From Clostridia bacterium (GTDB lineage Bacteria > Bacillota > Clostridia > Oscillospirales > RGIG8002): a DNA stretch of 64,000 nucleotides. Positions 55,837 through 64,000 of the stretch are shown here, piece after piece. The DNA lies in NCBI GenBank assembly GCA_017616855.1, contig JAFZXI010000019.1, positions 2,163-66,162 on the forward strand. The letters are read 5' to 3'. Numbering within the stretch: the stretch's first letter is position 1; each line of letters opens with the position of its first letter. Position numbers and translations under genes: made by a program. The notes beneath the pieces were generated by a model. The model made no database searches and had not been told where the DNA came from. It worked only from the letters and a program-made list of their open reading frames with translations.

Positions 55837-56432
55837 AGATAATCATCGGCAGCAACAACAAAAAGAAGCTCAAAGAGCTGCAGGCGCTGCTCGGCGAATA
55901 CGGCGTGGAGCTCGTGACTCCGGCGATGCTCGGGCTGACGCTCGAGCCGGAGGAGACCGGCTCGACCTTCGAGGAAAACTCGCTGATAAAAGCGTCCGCC
56001 TTCGCTAAAGAAACGGGTCTGCCGTGCATCGCGGACGATTCCGGGCTCGAAGTCAAAGCGCTCGGCGGCAGACCGGGCGTGTATTCCGCGCGCTACGCGG
56101 GCGAGCTCGCGACCGACGGCGAAAAAATGGATAAGCTTCTCGGCGAGCTTGAAGGCGTTACCGACAGAGCCGCGCGCTTCGTCAGCGTCGCGACCTACTG
56201 CGCTCCCGACGGGACCGTGATACAGGCCCGCGGCGAATGCCCCGGCGAGATCCTGCTTGAAAAGCGCGGAACCAACGGCTTCGGCTACGACCCCGTATTC
56301 TTCTGCACCGAGGCGGGCGAATGCTTCGGCGAAGTGTCGCCGGAGGAGAAGGCGAAATACAGCCACAGAGGCCGCTCGCTCGCGCTTCTTAAAGAAAAAC
56401 TCAGACCCATTCTGGAGGATAACAATGCTTAA
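55833..56432 (+). CDS. rdgB: Non-canonical purine NTP pyrophosphatase (RdgB/HAM1 family)
   Basis: [17 protein letters not shown]..., ADDSGLEV, FGYDPVF and SHRG motifs. ATGA overlap with ftsY. Confidence 0.9.
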   Translation: MKIIIGSNNKKKLKELQALLGEYGVELVTPAMLGLTLEPEETGSTFEENSLIKASAFAKETGLPCIADDSGLEVKALGGRPGVYSARYAGELATDGEKMDKLLGELEGVTDRAARFVSVATYCAPDGTVIQARGECPGEILLEKRGTNGFGYDPVFFCTEAGECFGEVSPEEKAKYSHRGRSLALLKEKLRPILEDNNA

Positions 56433-56712
56433 AAGCAGTCAGCGCGCGAAGCTGCGCGCGATGGCGAACGGTATCGACCCCGTCGTCATAATAGGAAAAG
56501 ACGGCCTCGGCGCGAACTTCACGCAGGCCGTGGACGAAGCGCTCGAAGCGCGCGAGCTTATCAAGGTCAAGCTGCTCGAGACCGCGCCCGTGACCGTGCG
56601 CGAGGCGGCGGATTTCGCCGCGCAAAGCACCGGCTCGGACGTCGTCCAGGTCATCGGAACGCGCTTCGTGCTTTACAGAAGACGCAAGAAGGAGCCGAAG
56701 ATAATTGTCTGA
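56425..56712 (+). CDS. yhbY: Ribosome assembly RNA-binding protein YhbY (CRM domain)
   Basis: MLKSSQRAKLRAMANGIDPVVIIGKDGL...ELIKVKLL, 95 aa. Start set to ATG 56425 (the track ORF begins at 56257 inside rdgB). Confidence 0.85.
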   Translation: MLKSSQRAKLRAMANGIDPVVIIGKDGLGANFTQAVDEALEARELIKVKLLETAPVTVREAADFAAQSTGSDVVQVIGTRFVLYRRRKKEPKIIV

Positions 56713-57895
56713 GCATTCGGGTAAAATGGTAATAGGGCTTTACGGCGGCTCGTTCGATCCCGTGCATCGCGGCCACGTCCGCGTAGCGCGCGCGTTTGTC
56801 AAGCAGTTCAAGCCGGATAAGCTTATCATAATGCCTTGCCGGATGCCTCCGCATAAGGAAAAATCCGACGGCGGGAGCGATGAGCTCCGTTTCCGTATGC
56901 TTTCGGCCGTTTTCGCAAAAGATAAGAAAACGGAGGTTTCCGATTTCGAGCTGAAGAAAGAAGGCGTCAGCTACACGGTTGAAACGCTGCGTGAGCTGAA
57001 ACGCCGCTATCCCGAAGCCGAGTTCATGCTCGTCGTCGGAACGGATATGTTCCTTACGCTCCGTGAGTGGAAGGAAGCCGCGGAGCTGCTTTCGCTCGCA
57101 ACGCCCTGCGTCTACGCGCGCGGCGACAGCGCTGAAGAAACCGCCGCCTACGCCGCGGCGCTCGAGCGCGATTTCGGCGTGAAAACGCGGTATATCAAGG
57201 GCGCCGTAGACGACGTTTCGTCGACCGAGCTTCGCGACAAAATAGCGGAAGATATCGGCGTCGGCCGCATGATGCCCCGCGCCGCGCGCAAGCTTATCGA
57301 CGCCGTAGGCGCCTACCATTCCGAAACCTACCGGCTCGAAGTCTACCGCGCCGAATCCGAACGCAGCGTCGAGAGGAAGCGCTTCCTGCATATTCTCCGC
57401 GTCGAAAAAGCCGCCATAGAACTCGCCGAGCATTACGGCGAAAACGTCTTCAAGGCGCGCGCCGCCGCGCTGCTCCACGACGTAACGAAGCGCAAAAGCG
57501 CTGAGGAGCAGCAACGCATGGCCGAGGAGTTCGGCATTCCCGGCGCCGGGGAGTTCGTCAAGAGTCCGAAGGTCGCCCACGCCTTTACCGCCGCCGGCTA
57601 CGCGGAGCACCGACTTTACGTCGACGATCCCGATATCCTTGACGCGATCCGCTACCACACGACCGGCCGCGCGGGAATGAGCCGTCTCGAGAAGATAATC
57701 TTCCTCGCCGACGGCATAGAAGAGGGAAGGACCTTCGCCGGCGTTGATGAGATACGCGCCGCGGCTTTCGAGGACCTCGACAAAGCGATGCTTATCTCGC
57801 TTGAAAAAACAAAGGAAAAAATAGACGGCAAGGGCGCTTATCTGCACCCGTACACCGCCGAAGCCATAGATTATTTCAGAAATGCGGCGAAATAA
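56705..57895 (+). CDS. nadD: Fusion protein: nicotinate-nucleotide adenylyltransferase (NadD) + HD-domain YqeK-type phosphohydrolase
   Basis: N-half GLYGGSFDPVHRGH...SSTELR (nucleotidyltransferase). C-half RFLHILRVEKAA...LLHDVTK...IRYHTTGR...IIFLADGIE (HD domain). One uninterrupted 396-aa frame. Start is TTG 56705 (AAGGAG 10 nt upstream) or ATG 56726. Confidence 0.8.
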   Translation: MSEHSGKMVIGLYGGSFDPVHRGHVRVARAFVKQFKPDKLIIMPCRMPPHKEKSDGGSDELRFRMLSAVFAKDKKTEVSDFELKKEGVSYTVETLRELKRRYPEAEFMLVVGTDMFLTLREWKEAAELLSLATPCVYARGDSAEETAAYAAALERDFGVKTRYIKGAVDDVSSTELRDKIAEDIGVGRMMPRAARKLIDAVGAYHSETYRLEVYRAESERSVERKRFLHILRVEKAAIELAEHYGENVFKARAAALLHDVTKRKSAEEQQRMAEEFGIPGAGEFVKSPKVAHAFTAAGYAEHRLYVDDPDILDAIRYHTTGRAGMSRLEKIIFLADGIEEGRTFAGVDEIRAAAFEDLDKAMLISLEKTKEKIDGKGAYLHPYTAEAIDYFRNAAK

Positions 57896-57933
57896 CGCTC
57901 TGCCGCGAATATCGAAAGGACCCTGTTGTAAAA

Positions 57934-59235
57934 ATGAGCACCCACCAGAAGTCGAAAAGCAAGCAGTATCTTGCGGAAAAGAGAAGAGAGCACAAAGGCG
58001 CGCACGTCAAAACGCGCGAGAAGAAGCAGATGAATAAAAAGGATAAGCGCCTGCTTATCATTCTTGTTTCCGCTATAGTCGTGCTGACGATCTGCGTCGG
58101 ATTGCTGCTGACGTGGCTGCTCAACGGCTCCATCTTCAAGGAGAAGATCGAAAACGGCAGCGGTTACAGCAACGCGCTCCCCATAGACGACAACGGCGAA
58201 TGGGCGGATATCGATATCCAGACGCCGGACGATATGAAGGACGGGCGCACGCAGAAGGAAAACGTTTACACCTTCCTTTGCTGCGGCGTCGACCTTGACA
58301 GCATCCACGCCGATACGATAATGCTCGTTACGCTCGATATGAACACCAAAACCGCGAACGTTCTCCATATCCTGCGCGACACTTTCGTTCACATGAACGA
58401 AAAGAACTACAAGATCAACACATTCTACGCCCGCAAGAAGAGCGACGGAATGCGCCAGATAATCTATAACCGCATGGGCATCTACCCGAATTATTACGTC
58501 ACTCTGAACTTCAAGGCGTTCCGCAACATCGTCGATATAATCGGCGGCGTTGATATCGACGTTCCTTTCGATATGAGATACTCCGATCCGACGCAGGGAT
58601 TGAATATAAATCTTAAGAAAGGATTCCAGCATCTGAACGGCGACCAGGCCGAGCAGTACGTCCGTTACCGCAAGGGGTCCGGCGGCGACGGAAGCGACGA
58701 AAGCAGGCAGAAGCGTCAGGAACAGTTCCTCACCTCGTTCATGCAGACCTGTATCGACACCTGCGCCGACAATCCGGCAAAAGCGTTTGATATCCTTTCG
58801 CAGATGATCGAGCATATGAATACGAACCTTTCCATTTCGGAGCTCGTTACCTTCGCTCATTACGGAATGGAAATCGGCGTTGAAAATATCCATTTCCACA
58901 CGCTGCCCGGCGAGTATAAATACCTCGGCAAGACCTGCTTCTATCAGGGCTACAGCGAAGCGACGCGCAAGCTTCTCAACCAGTATATCAACCCGTACGA
59001 ACAGTCGCTTACCGCAAGCAGGGTAAACTTTGACGATCCCGCGGACTACGGCTCGCCTTACGATCCCGACGCCGATTCCGACGGCAGCGGCTCCGGCGAC
59101 GGAGACTCCTCGAGCGAGGAGGAAGAGGACGATCCGCACTCCTCCGAAGACGACCCGTCCTCCTTCGACGTTGTCGACGAAAGCTCGTCCTCCGCGGCCG
59201 ACGAAACGGAATCCTCGTCGTCCGAGGGCGAATGA
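57934..59235 (+). CDS. LytR-CpsA-Psr (LCP) family cell-envelope transferase with acidic Ser/Asp/Glu-rich tail
   Basis: N-terminal TM helix and LCP core (FLCCGVD....ADTIMLVTLD...VLHILRDT...YYVTLNFKAFRNIVDIIGGVDIDVP). C-terminal ~70 aa low-complexity acidic tail. Confidence 0.8.
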   Translation: MSTHQKSKSKQYLAEKRREHKGAHVKTREKKQMNKKDKRLLIILVSAIVVLTICVGLLLTWLLNGSIFKEKIENGSGYSNALPIDDNGEWADIDIQTPDDMKDGRTQKENVYTFLCCGVDLDSIHADTIMLVTLDMNTKTANVLHILRDTFVHMNEKNYKINTFYARKKSDGMRQIIYNRMGIYPNYYVTLNFKAFRNIVDIIGGVDIDVPFDMRYSDPTQGLNINLKKGFQHLNGDQAEQYVRYRKGSGGDGSDESRQKRQEQFLTSFMQTCIDTCADNPAKAFDILSQMIEHMNTNLSISELVTFAHYGMEIGVENIHFHTLPGEYKYLGKTCFYQGYSEATRKLLNQYINPYEQSLTASRVNFDDPADYGSPYDPDADSDGSGSGDGDSSSEEEEDDPHSSEDDPSSFDVVDESSSSAADETESSSSEGE

Positions 59236-59287
59236 TACGGAGCGTCCGCAATAAACGAATATCACAATACCGAAAAGGAGTGTTAAT

Positions 59288-59641
59288 ATGAAAGAGAAAA
59301 ACCCGATTCTTGAAACCGCCGTCAAAGCGCTGAACGCGAAGAAGGGCGTCGATATCGAAGTCATCGACGTTTCCGGTCTGACGAACATCGCCGATTGGTT
59401 CGTCCTCGCCAGCGGCACGAGCAACATCCATGTCAAGACGCTCGTCGACGAGGTCGAGGAGCAGCTCAAGCAGGAGCAGGGGATAGACCCCAAGCGCGTC
59501 GAGGGTTACCCGACGGCGCAGTGGATACTTATGGATTACGGCGACGTCATCGTCCACGTTTTCCACCCCGAAGCGAGAGAGTTTTACAGTCTTGAACGCC
59601 TTTACAGCGAAGGCGCGAGAATGGAAATAGAAGATAAATAA
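59288..59641 (+). CDS. rsfS: Ribosome silencing factor RsfS (iojap-like)
   Basis: 117 aa, ..KKGVDIEVIDVSGLTNIADWFVLASGTSNIHVKTL...WILMDYGDVIVHVF.. Confidence 0.9.
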   Translation: MKEKNPILETAVKALNAKKGVDIEVIDVSGLTNIADWFVLASGTSNIHVKTLVDEVEEQLKQEQGIDPKRVEGYPTAQWILMDYGDVIVHVFHPEAREFYSLERLYSEGARMEIEDK

Positions 59642-59664
59642 TCATTTGAGAAAAGAGCTTTAAA

Positions 59665-62067
59665 ATGGGATACGATTTCAAAGCAATAGAAAAGAAATGG
59701 CAGGATAAATGGGACGAACTCAAGCCCTTCGCCGCCGTTACCGGCAGCGATAAGCCGAAGTTTTACGCGCTCGTCGAGTTCCCGTACCCTTCGGGAGCCG
59801 GTCTGCACGTCGGTCATCCGCGTTCCTACACCGCGCTCGACGTCATCGCGCGCAAGCAGCGCCTGAGCGGCTATAACGTCCTTTACCCGATGGGTTGGGA
59901 CGCCTTCGGCCTGCCGACCGAAAACTACGCGATAAAGAATAAGATCCACCCCGAGATCGTTACGCGCAACAACATCGCGCGTTTCAAGAGTCAGCTTAAG
60001 TCGCTCGGCCTTTCCTTCGACTGGGACAGGGAGATAAACACCACCGACCCCGATTACTTCAAGTGGACGCAGTGGATATTCCTCAAGCTCTTCGAGCACG
60101 GGCTCGCGTATAAAAAGGAGATGGCGGTCAACTTCTGCACCTCCTGCAAATGCGTGCTCGCCAACGAAGAAGTCGTCGGCGGCGTCTGCGAACGCTGCGG
60201 CAGCGAGGTCGTCCGCAAGACCAAGAGCCAGTGGATGCTGAAGATCACCGAGTACGCCGAGCGCCTGCTGAACGACCTTGACGGCGTGGATTACATAGAG
60301 CGCGTCAAGACGCAGCAGCGCAACTGGATCGGGCGCTCCAAGGGCGCGGAGGTCGATTTCACGACGACCGCGGGCGATACGCTCCGCATTTTCACGACGC
60401 GTCCCGATACGCTTTTCGGCGCGACCTACATGGTCATAGCGCCGGAGCATCCGCTCATAGATAAGTGGAGCGACAAGCTCGCGAACTTCGACGCGGTGCT
60501 CGTTTACCGCGAAGAAGCGGCGCATAAGTCCGATTTCGAGCGCACCGAAGTCGCCAAGGACAAGACCGGCGTCAAGCTCGAGGGCGTTGCGGCTGTCAAC
60601 CCCGTCAACGGCAAGGAAATACCGATATTCATCTCCGACTACGTGCTTATTTCCTACGGCACCGGCGCCATTATGGCGGTCCCGGGCCACGATACGCGCG
60701 ACTGGGAGTTTGCGAAGAAGTTCAACGTCCCGATCATCGAGGTTGTCAAGGGCGGAAACGTCGAAGAAGCCGCATTCACCGACTGCGAAACGGGCATAAT
60801 GGTCAATTCCGGCTTCCTTGACGGGCTTTCCGTCGAGGAGGCGAAAAAGAAGATCGTCGCATGGCTGACGGAGCAGGGAATAGGCGAAGAAAAGGTCACC
60901 TACAAGCTGCGCGACTGGGTATTCTCCCGTCAGCGCTACTGGGGCGAGCCGATCCCGATCGTCCATTGCGAGCATTGCGGCTACGTTCCCGTGCCGGAGG
61001 ATCAGCTTCCGCTGCGTCTGCCGGAGGTCGAAAGCTACGAGCCCTCCGACGACGGTTCCTCGCCGCTTGCGAAGATAGATTCCTGGGTGAACACGACCTG
61101 CCCGAAGTGCGGCGCTCCCGCGAAGCGCGAGACCGACACGATGCCGCAGTGGGCGGGCTCGTCGTGGTACTTCCTGCGCTACTGCGACCCGCACAACGAC
61201 AAGGCGCTCGCCTCTAAAGAAGCGCTCGATTACTGGTCGCCCGTCGACTGGTACAACGGCGGCATGGAGCATACCACGCTGCACCTGCTCTATTCGCGCT
61301 TCTGGCATAAGTTCCTTTACGACATCGGCGTCGTTCCCACCGCCGAGCCCTACGCCAAGCGCACAAGCCACGGCATGATCCTCGGCGAAGGCGGGGAGAA
61401 GATGTCGAAATCCCGCGGCAACGTCGTCAACCCCGACGACATCGTGAACGAATACGGAGCCGATACGCTCCGCCTTTACGAGATGTTCATCGGCGATTTC
61501 GAGAAGGCGGCGCCCTGGTCCTCGCAGAGCATCAAGGGCTGCAAGCGCTTCCTCGAGCGCGTTTACGCGCTTCCCGAGCTCCTCGCCGAAGGGGAAGGGT
61601 ACGGCAAGCTTGAAAAGAGCTTCAACCGCACTGTCAAGAAGGTATCCGAGGATATGATGTCGCTGAAGAGCAACACCGCGATAGCCGCGCTGATGGAACT
61701 TCTCAACGAAATCGCCGCCGAAAAGGCGATAACCGCCGACGGACTCAAAACCTTCCTTATCCTGCTCAATCCGCTCGCTCCGCACATCACCGAAGAGCTC
61801 TGGGAGCAGAATAACTTCGGCGGCTATATACATCAGCAGAGCTGGCCGGAATACGACGAAAGTAAACTCGCGGACGACGTCGTCGAAATCGCGGTGCAGG
61901 TGAACGGCAAGCTGCGCGGCACCGTCGAGATTCCCGCGGACGCGTCAGACTCCGAAGCGATCGCCGCCGCGAAGGCGAACGACAGGATCGCCGCCGAGCT
62001 CGCAGGCAAGCAGATTATCAAGGAAATCTTCGTAAAGGGCCGTCTTGTGAACATTGTCGCAAAATAA
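59665..62067 (+). CDS. leuS: Leucine--tRNA ligase
   Basis: HIGH-type motif [10 protein letters not shown] and KMSKS motif KMSKSRGN; 800 aa. Confidence 0.95.
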   Translation: MGYDFKAIEKKWQDKWDELKPFAAVTGSDKPKFYALVEFPYPSGAGLHVGHPRSYTALDVIARKQRLSGYNVLYPMGWDAFGLPTENYAIKNKIHPEIVTRNNIARFKSQLKSLGLSFDWDREINTTDPDYFKWTQWIFLKLFEHGLAYKKEMAVNFCTSCKCVLANEEVVGGVCERCGSEVVRKTKSQWMLKITEYAERLLNDLDGVDYIERVKTQQRNWIGRSKGAEVDFTTTAGDTLRIFTTRPDTLFGATYMVIAPEHPLIDKWSDKLANFDAVLVYREEAAHKSDFERTEVAKDKTGVKLEGVAAVNPVNGKEIPIFISDYVLISYGTGAIMAVPGHDTRDWEFAKKFNVPIIEVVKGGNVEEAAFTDCETGIMVNSGFLDGLSVEEAKKKIVAWLTEQGIGEEKVTYKLRDWVFSRQRYWGEPIPIVHCEHCGYVPVPEDQLPLRLPEVESYEPSDDGSSPLAKIDSWVNTTCPKCGAPAKRETDTMPQWAGSSWYFLRYCDPHNDKALASKEALDYWSPVDWYNGGMEHTTLHLLYSRFWHKFLYDIGVVPTAEPYAKRTSHGMILGEGGEKMSKSRGNVVNPDDIVNEYGADTLRLYEMFIGDFEKAAPWSSQSIKGCKRFLERVYALPELLAEGEGYGKLEKSFNRTVKKVSEDMMSLKSNTAIAALMELLNEIAAEKAITADGLKTFLILLNPLAPHITEELWEQNNFGGYIHQQSWPEYDESKLADDVVEIAVQVNGKLRGTVEIPADASDSEAIAAAKANDRIAAELAGKQIIKEIFVKGRLVNIVAK

Positions 62068-62090
62068 TTGCATTTTTTTACAAAAAACTC

Positions 62091-62119
62091 TTGACAATCG
62101 ACCGAGACCCGTTTATAAT
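62091..62119 (+). promoter_or_regulatory. Sigma-A promoter of rpsU
   Basis: Consensus TTGACA, 17 nt, TATAAT, 56 nt upstream of the rpsU ATG. Confidence 0.7.
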
Positions 62120-62175
62120 ACTAATAATTCTATAACGAGTAGTAGGATATGATTTACGCAAGGGAGGGAAAATGA

Positions 62176-62352
62176 ATGTCAGAAATCAAACTCAAGGATA
62201 ATGAATCGCTGGATAATGCCCTGCGTAGATTTAAGCGCTCCTGCGCTAAGGACGGTATCCTCTCCGAGGTACGCAAGAGAGAGCATTATGAAAAACCTTC
62301 CGTGAGAAGGAAGAAGAAGTCGGAAGCGGCGCGCAAGAGAAAGTTCAAGTAA
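62176..62352 (+). CDS. rpsU: 30S ribosomal protein S21
   Basis: Below the ORF-track size cutoff (58 aa). ATG 62176, 7 nt after AGGGAGGG. Translation [58 protein letters not shown]. Confidence 0.9.
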   Translation: MSEIKLKDNESLDNALRRFKRSCAKDGILSEVRKREHYEKPSVRRKKKSEAARKRKFK

Positions 62353-62384
62353 GGCGAACGCTTTCGGATTTCACGCGAATAAAA

Positions 62385-62410
62385 AGCGGGGAGCCACCCC
62401 GCTTTTTTTG
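62385..62410 (+). terminator. Rho-independent terminator of rpsU
   Basis: AGCGGGG-AGCCA-CCCCGCT followed by T7. Confidence 0.85.
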
Positions 62411-62473
62411 TATGATAAACGCCGCGGACCGGGCGCATTTATCCCGACCTGCCGCGGCTGAACGGAGAACGAT

Positions 62474-62917
62474 TTGAAGCTTTTTACCCCTGACGCGCGC
62501 AAAAACAGAATAACCGATATCGACGTCGGGCTGCTTGAACAGCTCGGCGTTAAAGGCGTTATCGTCGACCTCGACAACACCCTCGGCGGTTACGACGATC
62601 CGCTCCCGCCCGACGACGTTATCGCGTGGGCTGCCGGAATAAAAGACGCCGGCTTTGCGCTGTATATCGTTTCAAACAACTCGCACAAACAGCGCGTTTC
62701 CGCTTACGCGGAGGCGCTCGGCGTGCCGTGGAAGCACATGTCGGCGAAGCCGCTTACTTTCAAGCTCCGCCGCGCCGCGAGGGAAATGGGGCTTAAGCGC
62801 CGCGAGATATGCAGCGTCGGAGACAAGGTGCGGACCGACCTCATCGGCGGCAGACTCGCCGGAATGAAAACGCTGCTCGTGACCCCAGTATCGAAGCTTA
62901 AAAAGCAAGGCGAATAG
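62474..62917 (+). CDS. YqeG-family HAD-IIIA phosphatase
   Basis: VIVDLDNTL (HAD motif I), IVSNN, KP and VGDKVRTDLIGGRLAGMKTLLVTP; 147 aa, TTG start. Confidence 0.75.
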   Translation: MKLFTPDARKNRITDIDVGLLEQLGVKGVIVDLDNTLGGYDDPLPPDDVIAWAAGIKDAGFALYIVSNNSHKQRVSAYAEALGVPWKHMSAKPLTFKLRRAAREMGLKRREICSVGDKVRTDLIGGRLAGMKTLLVTPVSKLKKQGE

Positions 62918-62925
62918 AGGTAGTT

Positions 62926-63762
62926 ATGTGGTATTTCGGAACCGCGGGAACTCCCGACGGATATAACGGAAGCGGCTCGGTCTGGTACGTTTCCTGGCTC
63001 AAAAACAGAGGGCTGAACGCCTTTGAATACCAGTGCGGCAGGGGAGTCCGTCTTTCGCAGGAGACCGCGGAGGGCTTGAAAACCGCCGCCGAAGTGAACG
63101 GGATACGCCTTTCGCTCCACGCGCCGTATTTCATCTCGCTCAGCTCCGTCGATCCGCAGAAACGGCTGAACAGCGTCGACTACATACTTCAGTCCGCGGC
63201 TGCCGCGCAGGTTATAGGCGCGGGCAGGATAATCGTCCATTCCGGCAGCGTTTCCGGCATGGAACGCGGTGAAGCGTTCGCGCTCGCCTTGGAGACGATG
63301 AAGCTCGCGATTGCGGCGCTCGACGACGCGGGGCTCGGACATATCGCTATCTGCCCGGAAACGATGGGCAAGCAGAACCAGCTCGGCACCGTCGGCGAGG
63401 TCTGTGATTTCTGCCGTCTCGACGAGCGGCTGATACCCTGCGTCGATTTCGGACATCTTTACGCGCGCTCGCTCGGCGCCGTCGAGGGTTATGAGGCCTC
63501 CGCCGCCGTGCTTGACGAAATAAAAAACGCGCTCGGAACGGAGCGCATGCGTAACCTTCACATTCACTTTTCGCATATCGAGTTCACCGCCGGCGGCGAA
63601 AAGCGCCACCTGAACTTCCGCGACGGGCAGTTCGGGCCGGATTTCGAGCCGCTTTGCCGCGCGCTCGAGGACGCGGGCGCGGAGCCGGTCATAATCTCCG
63701 AATCCGCGGGAATGCAGGACGAGGACGCGCTCGAAATGATGCGCATACATACAAACAGATAA
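62926..63762 (+). CDS. Xylose-isomerase-like TIM-barrel protein (AP endonuclease family 2 / endonuclease IV-like)
   Basis: 278 aa. ..FEYQCGRGV..., LSLHAPYFISL, IIVHSG and ICPETMGK patterns typical of the fold. Confidence 0.6.
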   Translation: MWYFGTAGTPDGYNGSGSVWYVSWLKNRGLNAFEYQCGRGVRLSQETAEGLKTAAEVNGIRLSLHAPYFISLSSVDPQKRLNSVDYILQSAAAAQVIGAGRIIVHSGSVSGMERGEAFALALETMKLAIAALDDAGLGHIAICPETMGKQNQLGTVGEVCDFCRLDERLIPCVDFGHLYARSLGAVEGYEASAAVLDEIKNALGTERMRNLHIHFSHIEFTAGGEKRHLNFRDGQFGPDFEPLCRALEDAGAEPVIISESAGMQDEDALEMMRIHTNR

Positions 63763-63775
63763 CGGAGGGCTGTCA

Positions 63776-64000
63776 ATGAATACCTACAAGAGATTTGCCG
63801 AACGCATAAAGGGAAAGGCGGACGCCGTCGTCGCGTTTTCGCCGATAAACCGCCGCTGGCTGACCAACTTCAAATCCACGGCCGGCTACGTCGTCGTGAC
63901 GCCGGAAAGGTGCTGCCTCGGCGTCGATTTCCGCTACATCGAGGCGGCTAAAAAGGCGGGCGCGGAAGCGGGAATAGAGGTCTTCATGTATGAAAAACCG
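63776..64000 (+). CDS. M24-family Xaa-Pro aminopeptidase, N-terminal fragment (runs off the right edge)
   Basis: ATG 63776, 8 nt after GGAGGG. Translation MNTYKRFAERIKGKADAVVAFSPINRRWLTNFKSTAGYVVVT... resembles the creatinase/prolidase N-terminal domain. No stop in the window. Confidence 0.6.
   Translation, partial: MNTYKRFAERIKGKADAVVAFSPINRRWLTNFKSTAGYVVVTPERCCLGVDFRYIEAAKKAGAEAGIEVFMYEKP

Noticed and set aside
59642-59664. Possible T-box leader upstream of leuS
   Set aside because: Only 23 nt separate rsfS and leuS, which leaves no room for a T-box. leuS is probably co-transcribed with the upstream genes.
1-64000. Search for mobile elements, prophage, defence systems, tRNA/rRNA genes and CRISPR arrays
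   Set aside because: I recognised no integrase, transposase or recombinase motifs, no inverted terminal repeats, no tRNA-like T-arm sequences (GGTTCGAATCC-type) and no direct-repeat/spacer arrays. The accessory character of the dockerin and LRR loci rests on paralogy and composition only.

Overview
High-GC (roughly 60% by eye, not computed) Firmicutes/Clostridia-type chromosomal segment. The taxonomic guess is an inference from GGAGG ribosome-binding sites and classic gene orders: infC-rpmI-rplT behind an L20 leader, dprA-topA-trmFO, plsX-rnc-smc-ftsY, and yhbY-nadD/yqeK-rsfS-leuS. About 46 protein genes are supported. A housekeeping backbone (potABCD, mtnA, nadE, prmC, a two-component system, ogg, galE, PFOR, translation and replication genes) is interrupted by accessory loci encoding large secreted proteins. 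(i) A BspA-type LRR protein of more than 1436 aa at 1-4310, absent from the ORF track because it runs off the window. (ii) Tandem paralogs of 2110 and 789 aa (9323-18250) built from an SGNH/DUF4886-like esterase, a degenerate metallophosphatase-like domain, Ig-like repeats and a dockerin. (iii) Tandem paralogs of 1100 and about 1112 aa (28389-35189) built from three unassigned beta-rich modules, FIVAR-like helical spacers, Ig-like repeats and a dockerin. (iv) A low-GC 282-aa secreted protein with a split dockerin-like C-terminus (40949-41797). The best candidate for something undescribed is this dockerin-tagged family. About ten copies of one unassigned module share a signature, and the 2110-aa protein fuses that module type to the esterase architecture. 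One paralog also carries a ~250-nt GC-rich structured 5' leader. I recognised no rRNA, tRNA, CRISPR array, transposase, integrase or defence system. The many long antisense ORFs in the track are treated as GC3 mirror artefacts. All domain calls rest on motifs read by eye; no database search was possible.
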